NCBI GenBank assembly: GCA_965651265.1
Contig: CBFGRV010000012.1
Span: 1,401 to 65,400, forward strand
Direction: 5' to 3'
DNA: 64,000 nucleotides
DNA from: an uncultured Rhodothermales bacterium
GTDB lineage: Bacteria > Bacteroidota > Rhodothermia > Rhodothermales > VXPQ01
Shown here: positions 32,278 to 40,397 of the stretch, one piece after another
Layout of the letters: each line of letters begins with the position of its first letter
How positions within the stretch are numbered: position 1 is the first letter of the stretch
The notes under the pieces: generated by a model
The model's database searches: none
Seen by the model: only the letters and a program-made list of their open reading frames with translations
What the model was told of the DNA's origin: nothing
Position numbers and translations under genes: made by a program

Positions 32278-33215
32278 GGTGTGGTTGCCCCAGTCGCAGC
32301 GATCTCACTTCGCTCGGGATGCAGCCACGCCGCGATGGCCTTGATCCCGGCGATCAATCGAGGGCCGGGGCGCACGAGTAAATCCGGATCGATGCCGTGG
32401 ACGCGCCCCGTGCTAATGGCCGGAAGAGTATGCCAATCCGGATGATCCTTCAGCAAATCGTCCACTGTCACATCCTCGGGCCATGTGCCGATGATTACAT
32501 CGGGCTGCTCGCGGAGCACGAACTCCTCGGACAGGACCGGTGCGCGCGCCGATAGCTTTCCCGTTATGCTGATGCCGCCGGCCGCGTCGATCATCTCGTG
32601 TACGTAGCTCTCGCTTCCGAACGAAAACAGCGTTTCTCGTCCAGCGAGGACCAGCACGTCCGGCCGGTCAGCGGCAGCGTTAGCGCGGTCTTTCAGCTGT
32701 TCGAGCTCGCGACGAAGCGAATCCACTGCCTCCTGAGCACGCGAGCGAGTTCCTAACAGTTCGCCGATTCTGAGCATTCCGTCAAATACCGCATCCACAC
32801 TTTCGAAGGACAGAAAGTAGGTGGGGATGCCGAGTGCCGCCAGGGTTTCGGCATCGCGCGGACTGTTTACCTGGTCCGTTGCGAAGGCGAGATCGGGTTT
32901 TAGGAGGGTGACCGCTTCGAAGTCGATAGGATAGATAGAAAATCGGGGCAGGTCGCGCACGGCGGGCGGATAATTGTCGGGCAACCCGACTCCGACCAGT
33001 TTTCCACCTCCACCGGCGCCGAACACCATCTCTGTCAGGCTGGGTGCGAAGGTGACCACGCGTTCGATGGGCGGATGCAGCGCTACTTGCCTGCCGAGGT
33101 CATCCTGCACGACGACGGAGCCAGCCGAGTTGCTGCGGCCGCATGATGCGATCATCCCTGTTAGAATGATCGACACCATGACGTATGTTAGGCGCGTTCG
33201 CATCGCGAAGGGCAC
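32274..33215 (-). CDS. ABC transporter periplasmic substrate-binding lipoprotein (BtuF/cluster A-2 type)
   Basis: Lipobox LTGMIASCG and a PBP pattern (VVTFAPSLTEMVFGAG...KPDLAF...). The start could be GTG at 33215 or ATG at 33203. Confidence 0.8.
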   Translation of the reverse strand: MPFAMRTRLTYVMVSIILTGMIASCGRSNSAGSVVVQDDLGRQVALHPPIERVVTFAPSLTEMVFGAGGGGKLVGVGLPDNYPPAVRDLPRFSIYPIDFEAVTLLKPDLAFATDQVNSPRDAETLAALGIPTYFLSFESVDAVFDGMLRIGELLGTRSRAQEAVDSLRRELEQLKDRANAAADRPDVLVLAGRETLFSFGSESYVHEMIDAAGGISITGKLSARAPVLSEEFVLREQPDVIIGTWPEDVTVDDLLKDHPDWHTLPAISTGRVHGIDPDLLVRPGPRLIAGIKAIAAWLHPERSEIAATGATTP

Positions 33216-33220
33216 ATCGA

Positions 33221-34150
33221 ATGGTCTATACCTTTATCGTCAATCCAAGAGCCGGAAGAGGTCTCTCCAGACGAAGCGCGAGTCAGTTCCTGCGTGCTCT
33301 CGAGCAATCGGACCTTACCTTCGACCTCGTACGAACCGAGTATCCTCGTCACGCCGCGGAGCTGGCGCGCGAAGCCGCTCGTCGGAGCGATGTCGTTGTG
33401 GCCGTGGGCGGAGACGGAACGGTCAACGAGGTTGTTTCCGGGATCGTCGCCTCTGGCGCTAAGCCACGGCTTGCCGTGGTCCCGATCGGCAGCGGCAATG
33501 ACTTCGTGAAGATGCTGGATGTGCCCAGCGATCCGGCCGATCTGCTGCGCGACTTACAGCACGAACATGCACGTCCGGCGGATTATGGTCGCGTTCGATG
33601 GGACGGACCTGATGGTCCGGGAGAGGGGGTATTCGTCAACGCGGCCGGCGCCGGGATCGACGCCAAGATTGCGGAGACGGCATCAAGGATAAAGCTTCTG
33701 GGCGGTACGTCTCGCTATGTCGCTGCCGTCCTGATCACGCTCCGCCGGTGGAGTGCTCCAGAATTGAGCATGACCTCGGAGATCGCCGGTCGCCAGGAGA
33801 CCTATCCGCCTGGGGAGTATCTCCTGGTGCTGGCCAGCAACGGACGATGTGCCGCGGGAGGCTTCTTTCTCACGCCTGAAGCTCGCATCGAGGACGGCTT
33901 AATCGATGCATGCGTCGTTCGCAACACTTCGCTGCGCCGCATTTTGCGATTGATTCCGGCGGTGCTTCGCGGAGGCAGGCACGTCGGCGCACCGGAAGTG
34001 AGCATCGTCAAGACGGAGAGGATTCATATCCATTCCGAGAGCCCGCTGGCCGTTCAGGCGGACGGCGAGGCCCTTGCCCGACGCGCTACCGACATCTCGT
34101 TCGAAGTCGTGCAAGGTGGGCTTTCCCTGGCCCAGAAAGTGAAGGCTTGA
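33221..34150 (+). CDS. Diacylglycerol kinase-family lipid kinase (YegS/BmrU-like)
   Basis: MVYTFIVNPRAGRG...VVVAVGGDGTVNEVVSG...VVPIGSGNDF motifs. I prefer the ATG at 33221. Confidence 0.8.
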   Translation: MVYTFIVNPRAGRGLSRRSASQFLRALEQSDLTFDLVRTEYPRHAAELAREAARRSDVVVAVGGDGTVNEVVSGIVASGAKPRLAVVPIGSGNDFVKMLDVPSDPADLLRDLQHEHARPADYGRVRWDGPDGPGEGVFVNAAGAGIDAKIAETASRIKLLGGTSRYVAAVLITLRRWSAPELSMTSEIAGRQETYPPGEYLLVLASNGRCAAGGFFLTPEARIEDGLIDACVVRNTSLRRILRLIPAVLRGGRHVGAPEVSIVKTERIHIHSESPLAVQADGEALARRATDISFEVVQGGLSLAQKVKA

Positions 34151-34248
34151 CCAAGTGGCGTGATTCGTAAGTAGGCGCTTTAATTCGCCCGCTCGACCGC
34201 CGATACAAGCGTTACGAAATTACACCATCCACCCAGAACGAAGAGCCA

Positions 34249-35631
34249 GTGAAGAAGCGCATCTACATCGTCGATGACGAGCCCAAGATCGGTGAGATGT
34301 TCGTGAAGGTCCTGACGCGCGAAGGATTCGAGGCCACCTCCTTCGTGAGTGGTGTGAAGATGCTGCAGGCGGCCGAAGAGCAAGAGCCGCCGGCACTGGT
34401 CGTCGCGGACCTGATGATGCCGGACATGAACGGCATCGAGCTGATGGAGGCACTGCGCAATCGCAAGCTCAACGTGCCGGTCATCATCATGACGGCGCAT
34501 TCGTCGGTGAAAACAGCCGTCGAGGCGATGAGTCTGGGAGCCTTCCACTATCTCCAGAAGCCCATCAATCTGGAGGAGATGAGGGTGCTGATCGCCAAGG
34601 CGCTGGATCTTTACGATGAAAAGCCCGAGGTGAAGGAGGTCCGGGTCACCCAGAATCAAACCTATCCGATCGATGGCATTCTGGGGGATAGCCCGGGCAT
34701 CGTGAAGGTTCGCGAGACCATCGAGACGCTGCGTGATGTTCCAAATACGATAGTCCTGATCACGGGAGAGACGGGTACGGGTAAGAACCTCGTCGCCAAA
34801 ACGATCCATTACAATTCGACCTACAATGCAGGTCGATTCCTCGAGATCAACTGCGCGGCTCTTCCCGACAATTTGCTGGAGGCCGAGCTTTTCGGGTACG
34901 AGAAGGGGGCCTTTACAGACGCGAGGGTGTCGAAGCCGGGCCTGCTGGAGCTTGCCGACGGTGGAACGGTCTTCCTGGATGAGATCGACTCGATGAGCCT
35001 CGTTCTGCAGGCCAAGCTTCTATCGTTTCTAGAGAGTCGAACGTTTCGGCGGCTCGGTGGAGTGGATGATCTGCGGGTGACGACGCGCATCATATGCGCC
35101 ACGAATGCCCACCTCGAGGACCGGCTCAAGGACAAGGAGTTCAGAAAGGACCTTTACTACCGCATCAACGTGGTCAACATGCATCTGCCGCCGCTGAGGC
35201 AGATGACCGGTGACCTGCTGAAGCTCGCGAACGCGATCGTAAAGGAGTTCAATCGCGAGCTCAAACGGTCCGTCCAGGGATTCACCAAAGAGGCAGAGGA
35301 GAAGCTGCTCTCCCACACCTGGTCCGGCAACGTTCGGGAATTGCGCAATGTCATCGAGCGCGCGATGATCTTCGCCGACGGCCCCTGGATCGATAGGGAG
35401 GACCTCATTCTGTCCAAGACGGATCCCGACGGCTCAATGGCCGCCACAGGCAGCTTCCGATTTCCGGTGGGCAGCTCCCTCGAGGAGCTCGAGCGCGCCT
35501 ACATTTTGCATACTCTGCAGGAATTCGACGTCTCCTATTCCGATATCGCCGAGCTTCTTGGTATCTCGAAGAAGACGCTCTGGGAAAAGCGTCGGCGCTA
35601 CGATCTCGATTCGATGGTGACCCGACACTGA
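34249..35631 (+). CDS. Sigma-54-dependent response regulator (NtrC family)
   Basis: Receiver domain (LVVADLMMPDMNG), an AAA+ sigma54-interaction domain (GETGTGKNLVA, ELFGYEKGAFTDA, R-finger region) and a C-terminal Fis-type HTH. Confidence 0.9.
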   Translation: MKKRIYIVDDEPKIGEMFVKVLTREGFEATSFVSGVKMLQAAEEQEPPALVVADLMMPDMNGIELMEALRNRKLNVPVIIMTAHSSVKTAVEAMSLGAFHYLQKPINLEEMRVLIAKALDLYDEKPEVKEVRVTQNQTYPIDGILGDSPGIVKVRETIETLRDVPNTIVLITGETGTGKNLVAKTIHYNSTYNAGRFLEINCAALPDNLLEAELFGYEKGAFTDARVSKPGLLELADGGTVFLDEIDSMSLVLQAKLLSFLESRTFRRLGGVDDLRVTTRIICATNAHLEDRLKDKEFRKDLYYRINVVNMHLPPLRQMTGDLLKLANAIVKEFNRELKRSVQGFTKEAEEKLLSHTWSGNVRELRNVIERAMIFADGPWIDREDLILSKTDPDGSMAATGSFRFPVGSSLEELERAYILHTLQEFDVSYSDIAELLGISKKTLWEKRRRYDLDSMVTRH

Positions 35632-35650
35632 GGTCGCTATCTTTGCTCCC

Positions 35651-36484
35651 ATGGAGGAGCAAATTCTGGAAAGGCTCATCAGGGAATTCTCGGCGCGCGG
35701 AAACGTTGCCGCGGGGCGTGCCGACGAGATTGCGCGTAGCCTGGGTACGAGCGCTTCCATCGTTGAACTGGACCGTGACGGCGCTCCGGCGCCTGACGCG
35801 GAAGGGCTCGCCGCGATGATCGATCACACGGCGCTGAAGCCCGAAACCACCCCGCAGGACGTGGAGCGGCTGTGCGAGGAGGCTGCCTACTACGGATTTG
35901 CGTCCGTTTGCGTGAATCCGTGTTACGTTCCACTCGCTGCTCGTCTGCTTGCCGGCACGTCCGTGGCCGTCTGCAGCGTGGTGGGCTTTCCACTGGGAGC
36001 CAGTCGATCGAGTATCAAGGCGCGCGAGTCGGAAGCGGCGGTCGCCGACGGAGCACATGAGATCGACATGGTCCTCAACGTAGGAATGCTCAAGAGCCGG
36101 CACTTCGATTACGTAGAGGCGGACATACTCTACGTCGTGGAGTCAGTGGGCGAGGGTATCATAACGAAAGTCATTCTTGAGACGGCGCTGCTCACCGATG
36201 AGGAAAAGGTGGCTGGATGCATGCTCGCTCGTCGCGCCGGAGCCTCCTTCGTGAAAACGTCCACAGGATTTTCGAAGGGCGGGGCCACGGTTGCCGACGT
36301 TGCACTGATGCGCCGAGTCGTTGGCGATTCGATGGGCGTCAAGGCCGCCGGAGGGATCCGAACCGCTGCTGATGCCAGGGCCATGATCGCCGCCGGCGCC
36401 AACCGAATCGGTGCCAGCTCCTCGGTGGCTATCGTGGGGGGAACCGCGCGCGAGACGGCCAGGGGCGGATCTTCAGAATATTGA
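35651..36484 (+). CDS. deoC: Deoxyribose-phosphate aldolase
   Basis: IDHTALKPETT, SVCVNPCYV, VVGFPLGA, EIDMVLNVG and the Schiff-base Lys in FVKTSTGF. Close to Thermotoga-type DeoC along its whole length. Confidence 0.88.
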   Translation: MEEQILERLIREFSARGNVAAGRADEIARSLGTSASIVELDRDGAPAPDAEGLAAMIDHTALKPETTPQDVERLCEEAAYYGFASVCVNPCYVPLAARLLAGTSVAVCSVVGFPLGASRSSIKARESEAAVADGAHEIDMVLNVGMLKSRHFDYVEADILYVVESVGEGIITKVILETALLTDEEKVAGCMLARRAGASFVKTSTGFSKGGATVADVALMRRVVGDSMGVKAAGGIRTAADARAMIAAGANRIGASSSVAIVGGTARETARGGSSEY

Positions 36485-36569
36485 CATCGTGCAATGCGCG
36501 TTGTCGTCTGGCAGTTTGCGAGGGTAACTCGCGAGCCGGTACTTCCAATGGAAAATTCGCCGCTTTGAT

Positions 36570-37130
36570 ATGGGTGCGATCCCGTCCGAACTTCGCCTGA
36601 AGCACCTCGTGCGCTCCAGCCCGTGGCTGATGCTGGGGCTTGCCCTGATCCTCTCGGCGTGCTCCGGACCGCGAGAAGTGGTGGATGACGACGAGCCGGA
36701 CGAGTTGCCAACTCCCGCTGTGCAGATGTCGGATTACGAGGACTTCGATCCCGCGCCCTACCGCGAAGCAGAGCGGACACCGGCCACTGAGATAGCCCAC
36801 GACGTTCCCGATGCACTCATGGAAGGGAGGGCCGATGAGGGGGTTACGACCACGGTCCGCGGCTACCGCGTGCAAGTCTTCTCAACGCTGGACCGGGACG
36901 AGGCCATCGCACAGGAAGAGGCGGCCAAATCGTGGTGGGAGTCCAACGCCGAGGCGGCACCTCCCGGAGTGGGGATGATGCCCGTCTACCGCGTGTACAT
37001 CCAGCCCTACTATCGGGTGAGGATGGGGAATTTCCGGTCGCGGGAAGCGGCCGAGCGGGCTCGGGAATTTCTTGCGCAGCGCTTTCCGGACGCCTTCATC
37101 GTCCCGGATACAGTGGAGATCACGCGCTGA
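36570..37130 (+). CDS. SPOR-domain lipoprotein
   Basis: Lipobox LALILSACSG and a C-terminal SPOR-like region: GYRVQVFSTLDRDEA...YYRVRMGNFRSREAAERAREFL. Confidence 0.7.
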   Translation: MGAIPSELRLKHLVRSSPWLMLGLALILSACSGPREVVDDDEPDELPTPAVQMSDYEDFDPAPYREAERTPATEIAHDVPDALMEGRADEGVTTTVRGYRVQVFSTLDRDEAIAQEEAAKSWWESNAEAAPPGVGMMPVYRVYIQPYYRVRMGNFRSREAAERAREFLAQRFPDAFIVPDTVEITR

Positions 37131-37173
37131 TTGGACCTGGCGCCCACAGCGAGGTCAAACGCGCAGAAGCAGG

Positions 37174-38022
37174 TCAGCGTAAGGCGTCCTCGAGCGTCGT
37201 GGATGCATCCGTCTGACTGTCGCGATATTTCACGATGACGGGGGCATAGAGCGAGATCCCATTTCCCTCGGCGAAGGCACCGCGTGCGCTCCGCGAGCCC
37301 GGCACCACGACGGCCCCGGCGGGCACCTCGAGGACTCCGTGCTCATTGCGTTCGATGATCCGCTCTTGAATGAGGTCGTAAATCCTCGTCGACCCGGTCA
37401 GTATGACGCCACTCGCCAGCACGACTCTCTCCCGAACGAGGCATCCTTCATAGATGCCGCACCCGCCGCCGACGAATACATCGTCTTCAATGATCACGGG
37501 CAGGGCACCCACCGGCTCGAGTACCCCGCCGACCTGTGCAGCGGCCGACAGGTGTACCCGCTTTCCGATTTGAGCGCAGCTGCCTACTAAGGCATGCGAA
37601 TCGATCATGCTGCCCTCATCAACGTAGGCGCCGACGTTGATGTACATCGGGGGCATGCAGACGACGCCACGCGCGACGTAGGCGCCTGTCCGAATGGAGG
37701 ATCCTCCCGGGACGAGTCGGACCTGATCCTCCAGCGAGATCGGCTTAAGGGGATAGGTATCCTTGTCGAAAAATGGAAACCTCTCGGTCGAGTAATCGAC
37801 CAGACCTCCGATCCGGAAGCCCAGCAAGATTCCTTTTTTCACCCACTCGTGAACCGTCCAGCGGCCGTCCGGCTCGCGAGAAGCGGCTCTCACCTGGCCT
37901 CGATTGAGCGATTCGACGAGTCGTTGGAAGGCCTCTCTCGCTGCGTCGGGAGAGATGTTTTGATCGGAGGCCCGGGTTGCCTCTTCAATCCGGTGCTTGA
38001 GGTCAGCGATGTGCATGCTCAT
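37174..38022 (-). CDS. dapD: 2,3,4,5-tetrahydropyridine-2,6-dicarboxylate N-succinyltransferase
   Basis: 282 aa. N-terminal DapD helical domain followed by left-handed hexapeptide repeats (VRLVPGGSSIRTGAYV...GAYVDEGSMIDSHALVGSCAQIG...). Confidence 0.85.
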   Translation of the reverse strand: MSMHIADLKHRIEEATRASDQNISPDAAREAFQRLVESLNRGQVRAASREPDGRWTVHEWVKKGILLGFRIGGLVDYSTERFPFFDKDTYPLKPISLEDQVRLVPGGSSIRTGAYVARGVVCMPPMYINVGAYVDEGSMIDSHALVGSCAQIGKRVHLSAAAQVGGVLEPVGALPVIIEDDVFVGGGCGIYEGCLVRERVVLASGVILTGSTRIYDLIQERIIERNEHGVLEVPAGAVVVPGSRSARGAFAEGNGISLYAPVIVKYRDSQTDASTTLEDALR

Positions 38023-38052
38023 GCCGAACCCATTTCGTGCATGGCCGGCGGG

Positions 38053-38580
38053 CTACAGACGGATGATTCCGCCCAGGGTTGGATGTTCGCTAAGCGCCTG
38101 CCGCTCCGCGTCTGTCGGTCGAATCGGTCGATCACGCTCGCAGGGGACCTGACAGACGAAACCGAGCGCCTCATCGTCCGCGGCTTGCAACTGGTGCCAG
38201 GTTCGCGATGGCACCTCGACGAGGTCAAAAGCCTGGACCTGATCCACGCTGTCACCGACTATGGCGCGTCCACGTCCCCGGAGTATGATGATGGCGTGCG
38301 TATGCACGTGCTTTTCGAAGGTCGAATGTCCTCCAGGCTCGATCTCGAAATAGCGCAGCTCGCAGGGCTGAAGCGATTCGTCGCTGAAGAGATTCTGTCG
38401 TGTGACCGACTTGAAATGGGTGCCCTCCTCCTTGTACTTCTTCAGGTCCACGCCTTCCCAGCGATACCGCGACCCTTCTTGCGAGAATCTCCGGACGTAC
38501 GAAGTGCCTGATGATGAATCCACCGTTTGATCTCGAGTGGCAAGGCCGGCGTTATTCGAATTCATTGAACTGGATGTCAC
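38053..38580 (-). CDS. Cupin-domain protein (175 aa)
   Basis: Cupin_2-like core: IEPGGHSTFEKHVHTHAIIILRGRGRAIVGD...LVEVPSRTWHQLQA. Lies 116 nt downstream of the RLP on the same strand. Confidence 0.7.
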   Translation of the reverse strand: MTSSSMNSNNAGLATRDQTVDSSSGTSYVRRFSQEGSRYRWEGVDLKKYKEEGTHFKSVTRQNLFSDESLQPCELRYFEIEPGGHSTFEKHVHTHAIIILRGRGRAIVGDSVDQVQAFDLVEVPSRTWHQLQAADDEALGFVCQVPCERDRPIRPTDAERQALSEHPTLGGIIRL

Positions 38581-38696
38581 TGTTACTGTCGACGATGCTG
38601 AGAAGCGAACAAGGTGGACGATGACGACGTCGGGTCAAGCGCCTGTGGGAGATCAACGTGGCGAGTCAATGATTGCGAAGGATACGAGTTTCCGCT

Positions 38697-39815
38697 TCAC
38701 CCGTTCTTTTGCAGCATCATCGCAGCTGCATGCACTTCTTCCACGAACCGCTTCGTCTTCTCGCGAAGGTGCTCGCCGGCCTCCAGCAGAGAGCCACCGA
38801 CAAGCAGAATGGAGTCCACGCCGAAGAAATGTACGAGTTCGGAGGCGCGGGCCGCATCCATCCCGCCTGCAGGGACAGGGAATGCCGGCTTGACGTGCAT
38901 CCAGTCGGCGCGAAGCCTGGTTGCGATCTCTGCGCACACGTCGGCCGCGTAGGAGAACCGGCCCCCATAGTTTGCGAAGATGACGGCATCGGCGCCGAAA
39001 AGCCGGAACAGCTTACCGAAGAGCGTGGAGGGCCGGATGTTGTTTGATCCGCTGAAGCTGGGATGGGCAATGACCGGTACGGTGAGCTCGGTGCGGCACA
39101 GCTCGTGAAGCGTCGGCAGACCGGTGAGCATCGGCGCGATCATGACCGCGCGAACGCCCAGGGCCTGAGCCGTTTCCGCCTGGCGACGGATCGTATCGGG
39201 AGAGCCTGATAGGTTAGGGACATACAAGACCCGATGTCCGGAATTCGCATAAACTTGCTCGGCAACCTCCAGGCACGCCCGCACGCGCTCCCCGAAGGGC
39301 GCAAACGACTGGTCGGCCAGATAGTGGTCATCCTTGATGATGTCGATGCCGGCGTAGGCCAGTTCGCGGAATAGATGGGCGATCTCCGATGTGGATAGGC
39401 CGATCGGTTTGAGTGCACTACAAGTCAGAGGGCGCCCGGTCACGCCAACCATGTCCCGGATCCCATTTATTCCAAAGGTGGGACCGGGGAGGAAGCCGGC
39501 CATCGCGCCCGGCAAGTCGAAGTCCTCGAGTGAGATATGCGAATGAAGCGACGAATTGCCGAACAGGACGTTCAGGAACTGGGCCGGGTCGCTCTCGACG
39601 CCGCGAACGGGAAGGGACAGGACCAACTCGTAGTGCCCATTAGAGATCGGCTCGAGTCGTTCTATCTGTCCCATCATATGATGGCGAACGAATGGATATC
39701 TAAGTCCGACCGATCGAGGCGTTTCGGTGGTCTGCTCGAGCAGAACAGCCTCGGCGACGGCTTCGACCTTCTCCTGAGGAGCTTCAAGGCAGTACGTTAC
39801 CCGAAAATAATCCAT
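38697..39815 (-). CDS. RuBisCO large-subunit-like protein (form IV RLP)
   Basis: 372 aa, collinear with RbcL: LFGNSSL, LEDFDLPGA..FLPGPTFGI.GIRD..GVTGRPLTCSALKPIGLS, IIKDDH, VIAHPSFSG, PVPAGG, LLVGGS. Several carboxylase residues are absent, and there is no small subunit or CBB gene nearby. Confidence 0.85.
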   Translation of the reverse strand: MDYFRVTYCLEAPQEKVEAVAEAVLLEQTTETPRSVGLRYPFVRHHMMGQIERLEPISNGHYELVLSLPVRGVESDPAQFLNVLFGNSSLHSHISLEDFDLPGAMAGFLPGPTFGINGIRDMVGVTGRPLTCSALKPIGLSTSEIAHLFRELAYAGIDIIKDDHYLADQSFAPFGERVRACLEVAEQVYANSGHRVLYVPNLSGSPDTIRRQAETAQALGVRAVMIAPMLTGLPTLHELCRTELTVPVIAHPSFSGSNNIRPSTLFGKLFRLFGADAVIFANYGGRFSYAADVCAEIATRLRADWMHVKPAFPVPAGGMDAARASELVHFFGVDSILLVGGSLLEAGEHLREKTKRFVEEVHAAAMMLQKNG

Positions 39816-39819
39816 CTTG

Positions 39820-39833
39820 TCACGTTTACGTGA
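39820..39833. promoter_or_regulatory. Inverted repeat TCACGT-TT-ACGTGA in the RLP/TerB-like divergent region
   Basis: Read directly from the sequence. 6-2-6 palindrome starting 5 nt upstream of the RLP start codon, within the 96-bp divergent intergenic region. Confidence 0.3.
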
Positions 39834-39911
39834 AAGGCCGGAGCAGGGGCTATCCGGTTGCGCCCTCTAGAGTATGATGCCCAGACCGCATTCCAGAAAT
39901 GATTCATCTCA

Positions 39912-40307
39912 ATGACTACGACCAACTCTGATTATCCCGACTGGACTGTCACGCACGACCTGGCCCTCATTTATCTCGCGCTCACGCATGGTGCCGACGA
40001 GGAGCTAGATTCCTCCGAGGTCGACGCCATGGCTCGCAAGCTGAGCGAATGGGGACAAGATGTCGAGATCGACCGCATAAAAACTATCATGCGCGAGGTG
40101 ATGCTCGTCTACATGGGCTCGACGGGTGAGCAGATGCTTGAGACGGCGATCGCCTCCGTACGTGAAACGACGCCCAAACCGACCCGGATCGCCATTCTCA
40201 ACGACCTGGCCGACATTGCGTCGGCCGACGGTACAATCGTCATGGGTGAGGTTGACTTCATTCAGCAGCTTGCGCGTGATTGGGGCGTCGATCAGGATGT
40301 TCGCTGA
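39912..40307 (+). CDS. TerB-like domain protein (131 aa)
   Basis: The C-terminal pattern AILNDLADIASADGTIVMGEVDFIQQLARDWGV fits the TerB/DjlA-N ..A.ADG.i...E...i..la..lg consensus. Confidence 0.45.
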   Translation: MTTTNSDYPDWTVTHDLALIYLALTHGADEELDSSEVDAMARKLSEWGQDVEIDRIKTIMREVMLVYMGSTGEQMLETAIASVRETTPKPTRIAILNDLADIASADGTIVMGEVDFIQQLARDWGVDQDVR

Positions 40308-40397
40308 GTGAGAGTTGCTCGCCGGAAGTCGTATGGCGAATGAACCTCCACTACGCCGCCCACACGCCGATCGATGAGCCCCCGACTTCCACGCCCG

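Noticed and set aside
33203-33221. Expected cobalamin riboswitch upstream of the btuF/btuC-like genes
   Set aside because: Only about 5-17 bp separate the divergent start codons, which leaves no room for a riboswitch of roughly 200 nt. The B12 specificity of the transporter is therefore unproven.
35626-35650. GG...TGC element upstream of deoC resembling a sigma-54 -24/-12 promoter, next to the sigma-54 activator
   Set aside because: The GG to GC spacing is 11 nt rather than 10, the -24 element is GAGGTC rather than TGGCAC, and it would leave almost no 5' UTR before the ATG at 35651.
38187-38200. Minus-strand CTGGCACCAGTTGC resembling a sigma-54 promoter
   Set aside because: The GG to GC spacing is only 8 nt and the site lies inside the cupin coding sequence.
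37594-38511. 305-aa ORF on the plus strand
   Set aside because: It is antisense to dapD and the cupin gene, both of which are supported by motifs. It is a shadow ORF.
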